Below are positions 22,682-32,965 of a DNA stretch of 64,000 bases, in pieces. Both the position numbers and the translations under genes were made by a program. The notes under the pieces are model-generated. The model was given only the letters and a program-made list of their open reading frames with translations, ran no database searches and had not been told where the DNA came from. Source of the stretch: Azolla caroliniana (Eukaryota > Plantae > Polypodiophyta). Numbering within the stretch: the first letter of the stretch is position 1; every line of letters starts with the position of its first letter. Location of the stretch: NCBI GenBank assembly GCA_043228905.1, contig JBHGNT010000008.1:3534001-3598000 (forward strand), in the 5' to 3' direction.

Positions 22682-23409
22682 GGCTTAAGGTCCACACAGA
22701 GCTCTTTAAGTTATGTGCTTGGGCTAATACAAAAAACTGATAAGCTCGTCTCTATAAACTCCTCTCTAAACATAAAACTCCCTCAATATAATGTCAATAT
22801 AATTTAATATTCTATTAATACAATAAATCAAGGTATTATTTTTAATATAATAATTGTATGAACAACATATTAATAATTACTTAAACTAGTTAGTATAAAG
22901 TTAAATCAATTCTTTTTTATACCTTATTTATCTGATAATATATAATTCAAATTAAAATTACTTTAGCCATCAAGTATAATATAATTACAATCATTACCAA
23001 GCCATATATATGGTGGTTGAAAGTTAAAATCATTGGTTAATTATAAGCCTTTTCAATCATTGGTTCATTCATGGCCACATCTTTAATACAAAGCAATTGT
23101 GAGTCATAAAAATGTTGCTTGGAGTATTTAATCATTGGTTCATTCATGAACCTCTATCATTGTTTCCTTTATGACCTTCAAAGTCTCATTATGTTTGACT
23201 ATAAAATAATCATTAATATGTTAGTTTGAGTATTTAATCATTGATGCATTCATAACCATCATTTAATTCAAATCCATTAGAGAGTGATTGGTACACTCGA
23301 GATTATGTACTAAATAAAGTAACTCTTTATAAGGTCTAACTAACTAACCTTAAGTTTGCCAACCCTGGTTAAAGTGATTGTGGTTACTTTAACCATTGTG
23401 GTCAATCCC

Positions 23410-23417
23410 TATAAATA
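23410..23417 (+). promoter_or_regulatory. TATA box of the ParB-MTase gene
   Basis: CCTATAAATA 160 nt upstream of CAACC-ATG at 23570. Confidence 0.7.
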
Positions 23418-23569
23418 GGAAGACCTCCTCATATCTCAGTCACACGAAGCACATGCGCAGAACAAAGCACATGCGTAGAACAAAGCACAAGAGCACATAG
23501 AGCAAACAAAACACACAGAGCACGAAGCACCAAAGTGAGATCTCCCCCTAAACGTCGACAAGATCAACC

Positions 23570-26500
23570 ATGTCTTCAAAGAAAATCGAGTGCCAAGATT
23601 CCAGGTAAGCCTCTGACACTCCAGACTTTTTTGTAAATATGTTTTAGCACTCAAGAACTCGATACTGTGTATCGAGTTCCTGTATAAAACACATACTTTA
23701 CACAAGAACTCGATACGCCGTATCGAGTTCCTATGCAAAACACAAACCTTAAACAAGAATATTGTGTCTTTGGGGGTACAATTTAGTTTATGTGTGAAAA
23801 GATACCAAATTTTATGTCCAATTCAGACTTTTTTAGTGACATTTGCTATATTTTGTAACAACTAGCGGCCTTACTTAAAAAGGTTTTATGACCTATAATA
23901 GCTTAAAATAATAGAAAATAACCCGCGAATTACCTTTATGATACCAAATTTAAGTCTGTCGTATGCAAATTCTCTACAATATGGATATGGAATCAATATA
24001 AGCCATACCTACCCTTCAATATGATGCATATCCTTGTATAATTATTAAGATACATATCCTTGTATAATTTTCGAAGTTGAATAGCCCTTACTAAAATTAA
24101 TTTCCGAATAAAGGAATATCATGTTCACTCAGTATAAGATTGATATTTATAGTTTGCCACAAATCGCCTTCTAGTTTTTGTCTTCATCTACTTATGTATA
24201 TTCTAATATACAAGCTTAATCTATATTTTAATATGCAACCACCTAACTTATATTTTCGCATGTCCTTTTTTAAATAGGTCGTTTGAGAACTTGTCAGACC
24301 AACCTATGAAGAAGATAAAGCTCCGGATTCAGGGCTCTCCAATTGAGACCCAGAAACTAATAGTTCCTCAGAACATGAAGAGAGGAAAAGAGCTTCTCTT
24401 CAACGAGGAGACAAAATCTCAACCATCCGATGATGTCAACCAAAAGAAAATGTTAGTAGCTACTGGTGCTGAGGACCTTCCTGACCGTGATCTAACGGAC
24501 AAGGAATGGTGTATGCAATATGTCGAGTCCAAGAAAAAAGTCGTGCTGTATACAGCAAAGAAGAAGGGCGACGGGCAGCTTGAAAATGAAACCGCATTTA
24601 TGTGTGGCTGTATTCTACGATTTGACTACGAAGATTCAGATTCAGCCAACATTCTTGTAATGATAGAGTGCTCTAAGGGGGTACGTTGTCGCGTTATTTA
24701 CGCGCGTGCGTGTAGAAGGGGCAGGACCACGGGGGTCTCGGATGAGGGAGAAAGGGGCGCCAAGAAACCGACCCCGGACACGTACTAGGGGGCGATCGAA
24801 CACAAGAGAGAGAGAAAAGGAGAGAGCACGTGCGCAACACCAACACAACACTCGCATCTTATGTACAGGAAACAAAGGGAAAGAAATGCACCCGACACCG
24901 ACAGAGACACAAATATGTACAACCCTTTATATATATGATTACAAGAGTGGGTTACAACTTCGGCTCCGAGTCGGACTGAGGTAAGCTAGGTCACATCAGT
25001 TGTCTTCCGCCAAGCCGTCGTCGGGGAGTTCTTGGGCTTGTCGCACCCAGCAGGGTCTTGCACAGGAGGCCGAGCCGAAGTAAACCCCACCCCCCCACAG
25101 AACATACAAGCTCTTCATCGGGCTAAAACCCTAAACAGACACGAAGGGGGGAAGAAGAAGAAGAAGACGAAGACGAAGAAGAAGAAGACCAAGAAAGGAA
25201 ACCTTAGAATGAAATAGAGTGAAGGAGAAATTGCCTAACCCTAAACTAATGGTATACCCTCTAACACAAAATGGGCAACCCCTCTACAAGGGACCCTCCC
25301 TTCCTTTTATAGACCAAGGAGAGGGATGTGTTACAATGTGGGATAAACCCCGACTTACATGGGATTCTTTGTCCCAACTTAACTCCTATTATTCACGCGT
25401 TGTACAAGGGTAAGTGCACATGGTGCACTCAGCCGATTCTTCCGATATTCCCCGGTTTCTCACCATGGCCCGGAATCTTCACGACAACATAAAGTGTACC
25501 TTTCTGAAGATCTACTAGTAAAGGAATCTTGTGGGCTAGAATCCTTTAAAAAGGATCTAGTAAGCTCACAAAACCTTATTGTCACCTTGAGGCCTTATAT
25601 ACAAGGCCATGTAACTCTAAGGGAGCCCTTGCCCTCCCCCGTGAAGGCCCCGAAAAGGGCATCTAAAGTGCAATCAAGACCACCAAAAAAGAATACCACT
25701 AAAATGTCGGAGTCCAACTCATCAAGCTCAAATGAAGATGAGGACACTAGGGGGACGCCAAGAGCTGAGCTGGCATCGGGTGTGTTGTCATCTGAGCAGA
25801 ATAAGATACGGAGAGAGTTAATGTAGCATAAACTGGTGAGAAAAGGGCAAGGGTTTAATTTGCCTATAACACACATCCATCGGCCCCTTGTAGATGAAAA
25901 AATAGGACGAAGACCACTTGAGATTAGAGAGCCACACCGAATGCATGTTCAAAATCTCAAGAAGAAAATGAAAATTAATCCACATGCTACCGTTGTGCCT
26001 TTTATTGTTATGGTGGATCCCGAAGAATGTGCAACCACATAAGAATTCGACATAAGAAAGCATGATCAATACAATTACTTTGTAATTGGTGGATCACATT
26101 TGGCGGAGGCACACCGGCAACTTGTGAGAGAACATACAACGATTTTCTTCTTCAAGTATGCCGAGTGCAAAATTTACGTGGGCCTTAGAATTGACGAGGA
26201 AAAGCTGTTGGCATGGGACCACGATAACGATAATGACTATAGGCAGAAACTGTCATGGATTGAGCGTATAAGGTTCTTCCACCACGAGTACTTGGACGTC
26301 AAACAAAAGTTTGGTATGAAGCTACATCCAGGCCTATGACTTCAATGCTTGCATGAAGTCGGCATTGTGGTGGATGATAATGTTAAGTCCGATGGTCTTC
26401 GGAAATATGAGTCCTGGTTTCAACTTGCCTTTAGGGGTGGAGAAGTATGGGACCTACAAGATCAAATCTTCTCAATGTGGGAGAATAAGGAGGTCAAGGG

Positions 26501-28284
26501 TCAACGACAAAAGAAATGTAAGGTAGACCCTCAACTAGAATTAAAGTCACAAGCGGCCAAGAAAATTGATTTAACAATTGAAGAAGCGGCTGACGACATG
26601 ATTCAGTTGTCTCTGTGGAGAACGATGCAAGGTATTAAGGACGAGCAGCTTCTTGTGTCTGTTTTTTCAAGGGTTGTGGCGAAAGATTTAAGCCTTGAAG
26701 AAATGGTCATTGAGTTCAATAAGTAAGTCTTTCAAATAGTGATATTGAATTCAATATGGTGCAATTGAAAGTTCTAATCTCGTTTTCTAATTTCACAGTC
26801 ATAAGATGTACATGAAGATCCAAGAAGTTATGATGAAACAACTTGGATGTATAATTTGGGAACAAGTGACCGAGGATTATCCGAGTATTATATTGCATTC
26901 AAGGATGGGTTAGTATTGCTGTTTTATCATTAAGGTTTCCTCATATGTAGAGGTTGTGTAATAATACTTGATGTCTTATTGATTCTATTAGAAACCGCGT
27001 CGTGGCAAGAAACAAGGAGAAGTTAAGGATATACACGATTTCCTGACATCCTTCCATGCACATCTCGAGAGAGCCAGAAAAGAAAAGGGATCGTCGCTTA
27101 GTCAAGGCGTACGAAATTGAGGAAGATGGCTCCTTCCAAAAATTTAGCCACAAAAAGGTTATTACAAGAGATCTTTACTACAACGTGGTTTGTGGTGATG
27201 TCGTTGACATGATCCAAAAAGTGCCAAAGAAGGAATATATGCTAATGATTGTTGATATTCCATACGGATTTCGAATGGCAGGGTCATCATACGACAATGA
27301 ACCATTTAGGTTTAAACAGTTAGAGAAGATGGTCAAGGATTTTGCTAAGCTAACGATTGCATCCTTGTGGAGAATAGTTGTCTTTCATAGTATGGACCAA
27401 GGGTACTCGGTAGCTCAAGCTTTGAGATCTCGTTGCCATGGCATCGAGAACCTTGCATGGTAAGGATTATTTATATGTCTCATTCACTATATTGCCTTTC
27501 TTAAGATTGTTCAATCTATTCTTAACTCGATGTAATATTTGTTATAGGATAAAAACCAATGTAAATAGAGGGTCAACCTTTCGGTTTGTAAATGCCATTG
27601 AATACATTACGGTTGGCTACTTCAATGAAATTAAGAAACAAAGAATCAAGGAGCATTCTAATGAAGTGGGAGGTTCAAATCTGCTGGTATATCCAGCAGT
27701 GACACGGAAATTGCGACATGTCACCACGACAGAACGAGGACTTGTCAACCTATACCAAAAATCTCAATGACTTATGATGCGCTTGATCAAGATGTTTTCT
27801 GTAGAAGGAGATTGGATATTAGACCTCTTTTCTGGCACAAGTATTCCTCGAACTAGGTTAACGATCTTGAGATAACCAATACTGAAATTTTTTTGTTTGA
27901 AAACTAATTCTTGTTGTTACTTTCTTGATAGGGACAACGTCTGCATGTGCATTGAAGCTCTTTAGAAACACAGTTGCATTGGAGAAGGACGAGGAGCAAG
28001 TTATATTTATAAACATGAGGATTAAGGCTTTGTGGGAGTGCCCAGACCAGGACGAGGAGGTCGGTGCAAAGAACCTCGCTGATACTGAAAGGTTTCAACC
28101 TGCTTCGCGAGAGCTTATTCCTCTGTTAGCCGGGGAACCGGGGGAGCTAATAGAGCTTGATGATGAGCTTATAGAAGATATTTCGTTGGCTCGGCTAACA
28201 GGGGAAGAAAATGCACATATAGCTGAAGAGACTTCTATACATGATGAAGAAGAAAATGACATTGATGATTTGCTTGCTATGTAA
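23570..28284 (+). pseudogene. Spliced gene: ParB/Srx-like domain + beta-class N6-adenine/N4-cytosine DNA methyltransferase
   Basis: Exons 23570-23604, 24278-26722 (minus solo LTR), 26799-26908, 26992-27459, 27548-27840, 27932-28284, all GT..AG; four of five junctions are in phase. Motifs: YFVIGGSHLAEA; VCGDV..MIVDIPYG; AW|IKTN..NAIEYI; NLYQKS; GDWILDLFSGTx|TT; ALEKD. Four in-frame stops and about two frameshifts. Confidence 0.88.
24687..25486 (-). repeat. Solo LTR (800 bp) of the tRNA-Trp Gypsy family inserted in exon 2
   Basis: Minus strand TGTCGTGAAGATTCC...AACGCGACA; TSD ACGT/ACAT; removal restores the frame SKGV-H-KVYLSEDL. Confidence 0.9.
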
Positions 28285-28670
28285 TAGACTCTTTGTTCAC
28301 GAAATGTATTGTTTTGAATTCACATTATTAATACAAATTTTGGGTTTTACTTGATTGATTCTATTCTTTATAATCTTCTATATGTTTCAATTTTATTTCT
28401 ATATACTTGGTTAGTAGACTTATGACATTGGTTTCACCGCGTGCATTGCTGACTACCAATATGGAGAAACATGAATTAGTTTAAATTAAGGCTGATTTTG
28501 GTCAAACTTTACCTTAACATAACATGGTCGTAGAATTGTTGCCATGACTGTCCATGTTGTTATTATGGATCTTTGTCTTCGATTGTTAAAACTATTATGT
28601 TTCTCTTCCATTGTTGCTTTGATTGTGACTAGCGTTATCGTTCGGAGTTTGATCCAATGTGAATCACCTA

Positions 28671-29205
28671 AGGAATACATTAGATCAAATTTAAATACAA
28701 GTATGAAAACCTTAATAGGTTTGTTATTTCCACCACGTTATCCTAAAGTTCATTGTCTTACATGGTCCACAATTATATACATATGGTTTGATCCATAGTA
28801 TGAACCATACGTACCATACGTGCATTCGCATTCGCGAATGATTCAATCATTCGCGAAAGAAAAATACCCTCAAAGAATGATAAATACCATTCTTTTAGAT
28901 TAACTATTTATTATGAGGTAGATAAGCCTAAAAATGAAAAAAAAAACAAAAAAAACATTAAAACAATGGGGGAAAAACAAAAAAAAAAACACAAGAATGT
29001 TTGGATAACATTTGCATTCGTTTTCCAACGTAGGAAAACGAATGTTATACTAGACGAACACTATGGAACTTTGATCCCATACAAACAAACTGAGGAATAG
29101 ATTAGATCAACTTTAAATACTAGTATTAAATACCTTAATAAGTTAGTTATTCCAATCACATTATCCTAAAGTTCATTATCCTACATTGTCCACAATTATA
29201 TACAT
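28671..29205. repeat. Subterminal imperfect direct repeat (~112 bp; 28671-28782 and 29093-29205) enclosing two palindromes
   Basis: AGGAATA.ATTAGATCAA...TTATCCTAAAGTTCATT...GTCCACAATTATATACAT occurs twice. Confidence 0.8.
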
Positions 29206-29556
29206 GCGAGTATGGGTCAAAGTATAAATTATAACTCATTTTATTAGTATGGTTACAAGTACACCTCATATTTTTGTAAAACTGACCAAATTAATATAAG
29301 TCTTTAACTTAGTGTTTCCCATGTCGCACATTAGTGAGATATTGAACCATTGTTGAACTTTATTATGCCTATATTAACTTATAAACACATCCAAACTTAT
29401 TTGAATTTCTAATGCTTTCCACTCGTAGACCTATAATGTATTTTTATATTTGCAAATTCTACTCAAATTGTGGAACATGTGATACTAGTGCATCCAATTT
29501 TTGTAGAGAGGGTATATTTGGATATTTTCAAGAATATTCTACAAGTGGAATGCGTG

Positions 29557-29585
29557 ATCCTTCCACTTGTGAACGTGAACGTGTT
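29557..29585 (-). repeat. Right TIR
   Basis: Reverse complement AACACGTTCACGTTCACAAGTGGAAGGAT. Confidence 0.9.
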
Positions 29586-32500
29586 CAAGGAGATATACAA
29601 AATCTAGAGCACTTGGGAGTAGCTTTAGTGGTAAGTTAATTGCTTCCTATCTTGGAGGTGCGAGGTGCACAGTTCAAATCCTTCTTGCACCTCTGTATAA
29701 GCACTCAATGCCATTAGGCCCTAGGATTATTTATTATTGATTTATTTTCCTTTTTACAAGTATTTGTGTAATGTGCGTGGAACCACACTTTTTCACTTTT
29801 TCTCCCACTAGACTTGTAACATCACGACACCGGTTTCGGAGGATGCTCATAAGTCACGTGGAAAGCTTTTGCATTCTCGCCGGAAGTGATCGGGTGTGTC
29901 AACCCGACGATCGTAGAGTCAATTGTGATCTTCATTGTACCACATGTACCGTGAATCTCAAACTGATTCCGGTGCCGTGAGCTCACATCCTAAAGTTGAT
30001 GGAGCTGTTTAGGCAGAAGGTCGATATGGGTATCCTCAAACCATGGAGTGCCCCACACTTGAATCGGTGGTTTACGGTGCCGAAGAAGAACGACACACTG
30101 CGCTTCATTTAGGATCTGTAATCGGTCAACAAGGTGACCATTTGGAATGCAGGGCTCGGTCCGAAGATAGGCGAGTTCACAGAGGCCTTTGCCGAGAGGT
30201 CGATCTACTTGGTCGGGGACCTATACTCAGGGTATGACCAATTCCAGCTAACCGTGGAGAGCATGGAAAACATGACGATGCGAACCCCTCTCGGCCTAGT
30301 TCAGATGTGTACCCTACCACAAGGAGGCACCAATTTAGTGGCACACATGGTGAACACAATGAATAAAGTGCTGAGGGACTGCATCCCGGACATCACCATG
30401 TCGTTTTTGGATGACATCCCGATTAAGGGATGTTCGGAAGACGTGAAGTACGAGTCGATCAGAGCGGACGGATGCTGAGCATTTGTCACGGACCACATCT
30501 CCGACAACGAGAAGATACTGCAGAGGCTTGAGGGCACTCAACTTACCTTCTCTAGGGAGAAGTCGGTTTTTGGATAATTGGAGATCCTGGTAGTCGGTCA
30601 CTTGTGTGGGCCATACGGCCAAAAACCTTCTCCGATGAAGGTGGAGGCCATCTCGGCAATGAAGGAAGAGTGTCGGTCGGTCACGGAAGTCCGACGGTTC
30701 CTGGGGACGTGCTCCTTCTACCACATTTGGATTCCACACTCCATGCATATCGTTGAGCTGCTCTATGGCTTGCTGAAGAAAGGCCGGAAATTCGAATGGA
30801 ACAACAAGCACATGGAGGCGCTCCGGAGATTGAAGAAAAAGCTAACAACGGCACCAGCTCTCCGGAAAGTGGTGTAGAAGGTGGGCACTCCGGTTTATGT
30901 AATGGTGGATATGAGTCTGACTGGAATCGGGTGGGTGGTTAATAAGGAAGACGAGGACGACACGTGGTTCCCCATCTAGTTTGGTGCGAAGGTGCTGAGC
31001 AAGCGGCAACGAGGATACGCCCAAGTTAAACACGAACTTTGGGGTATCGTTTCGGCGGTTAAGGCCACCAAAGACTACTTAATCGGGGCGGAGGTAGTAA
31101 TTGAGACGGACTGCCTACTGATTCTCGGCATGATTTCCGAATGTGCGACTCCGGACTTGATGAGGCTCCGATGGATCGCGTACATAAAGTCCCTGAATTC
31201 GGATATCCGACATATCTACAGAAAAGACAATGCCATGGACGATATGCTTTCGAGAGTATGGTTCGGTGATGAGGAGGGCATGGTTTCAGAAAACGAAGAG
31301 GTTCACGTGGACTTCTTCGAGTTGGCTTGCATGTCAGCAAATAGACGAAGCACTCCGGCCCTGAACGAGTTCGATGAGAACGACTACGAAGGGGAGTGGC
31401 TCTGGATTGGTAAGTTCCTAAGTATGTTGGCGCCGGACGTGGCATGAAGGAAAGACGAGGCAAGTAGGATCCGGAAGAAGGCTTACCAGTTCTTCCTACG
31501 GAACAGTAAGATATGGAAGCAACCGAAGAGACGGACCGGCACACCACTCCGGGTGGTGACGAAGAAAGAAGAGCAGACGGTGCTCTTGTCGGAATTTCAT
31601 GAAAGCCTCTAGTCCGGACACCGGGGAATGTGAGTCATGTTTGATAAGCTGAAGGAGAAGTACTAGTGGCTGGGAATGTATCATGATGTGCATCACTTCG
31701 TGACGACGTGTGAAAGCTGTCAAATGCTTTCCGGAATCCGGCACCGCGACGAGCTAGACCTGACCTACTCGCCAACCATACACTTCAAATGAATGGTCGA
31801 TTTAGTAACGATGCCGATGGGTGTAGGACAGATGCCGAACCTGGTGCTTGCAAGAGAAGATTTAATGAACCAGGTGGAGGGTCGAGCCTTAACGAACAAG
31901 ACGATTGCCGTGGTTTGATGGTTCTTGATTGAGGACATGATCTGCCGGTACGAGTGCATGGGAAAGATTGTAGGAGACTGTAGGGAGTTGGACGCACAAG
32001 AAGCCGAGGAGTTATCCGATCGGCTAGGGGTTAAGCTTTCCTTTACTACAACTTACAATGCGGAAGCCAATGGGAAAATCGAGTGCGGCATGGTCCGATT
32101 GTGAAAGCACTAGTACCAGCGTGCGGCGGGAGGGTCGGAAACTAGCCGGGCCTACTGCCTTACACACTATGGGCGACCGAACTACGCACTGTTTGGTAAC
32201 CGGGAACATGCCGGTGGAACTTATGTTTGGGCAACAACCGATCATGCCGATGGAGCGGACAATCTCATCATGCCAGTCGACTAGGTGGAGGATAATGACT
32301 AGAGAAGAGCTATTGGCGGCGCGAATTCAACACCTCGAGCGAAGGCTGAAGGATGTGGAAAAAGCAAAGGCCAAACTACAGATGGCGCAGACGAAGAATG
32401 AGGGTTGGTTCAATTGGACACACCGTTTCGTGGTCGACGAAGATTAAGGAAGGCGACTAGGTGCTGGTCTACGACAACAGTCTTGACAATCAGCACCGGT

Positions 32501-32965
32501 TGGCTCGAATGTTCGCACAGTGATGGTTCGGGCCTGGCCTTACGTGGCGACGAGCACGAATGACAATGCAACCTACCACCTTGCGGAGCTTGACGGGATG
32601 AGGATATCAGTATTGGTTACAGGGAAACGGATAAAGCCCTTCAAAAAACGGCATGCAGCGGAACTAGATCCGGAGATCGAAGATGGAAGCACCGACGAGG
32701 GCAAAGGGGTCAGATGAGGACCGGACCGGCGACGGATCGGAGGAGGAGGAATAGAGAATAGTTGGAATTCCGCACCGTTTCACTACTTGGCACATGCCGG
32801 AGGATGTGCAGTTGGTGGGGGTGGATGTCGTGAAGGATTCCAGCCATAGAGAGAGACGGAGCCAAATGCGCGTGAACGGTTGTGTGCACGGATGCACACG
32901 AATTAAGTAATATGTGCAAACATATGCGAATAATATAGTGTTAGTCGAGTGTTGGTGATTACTAG

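Larger units (their letters stand above)
19561..29585. mobile_element. TIR DNA transposon, Sola-like, carrying a transposase and a ParB-DNA methyltransferase gene
   Basis: 29-bp TIRs (27/29 match), 4-bp TSD CAAG (19557-19560, 29586-29589), two divergent genes, visibly AT-rich relative to flanking Gypsy sequence. Confidence 0.88.
19146..29829 (-). repeat. Solo LTR (~655 bp: 19146-19560 + 29586-29829) hosting the DNA transposon
   Basis: TGTC...GACA termini, 4-bp TSD CCGA/CCGG, minus-strand TATAAAA near 19392, left end resembles the solo LTR at 24687. Confidence 0.75.
17445..32965 (+). mobile_element. Degenerate Ty3/Gypsy of the tRNA-Trp / 4-bp-TSD family, split by a 10.7-kb nested insertion
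   Basis: 5' LTR stub 17445-~17481 matches the 3' LTR start at 32826; gag knuckle remnant ~17505; PR region QHFFVQ..VILGEPY; frame EEYR|FRRM rejoins across 19146-29829; RT DLYSGYDQ, LPQGGTN, FLDDIPIKG; RH, INT; PPT 32814-32825. Right boundary approximate. Confidence 0.85.

Noticed and set aside
23655-23730. Palindromic repeats as a CRISPR array
   Set aside because: Only two units, no cas genes, located in a eukaryotic intron.
23570-28284. Bacterial contamination or prophage as the source of the MTase
   Set aside because: In-phase GT-AG introns, a TATA box and a plant LTR inserted inside it.
19146-29829. Whole 10.7-kb insert as one giant LTR or LTR element carrying the MTase
   Set aside because: Internal TIRs with their own CAAG TSD delimit a separate DNA transposon; the remainder is an ordinary-sized solo LTR.
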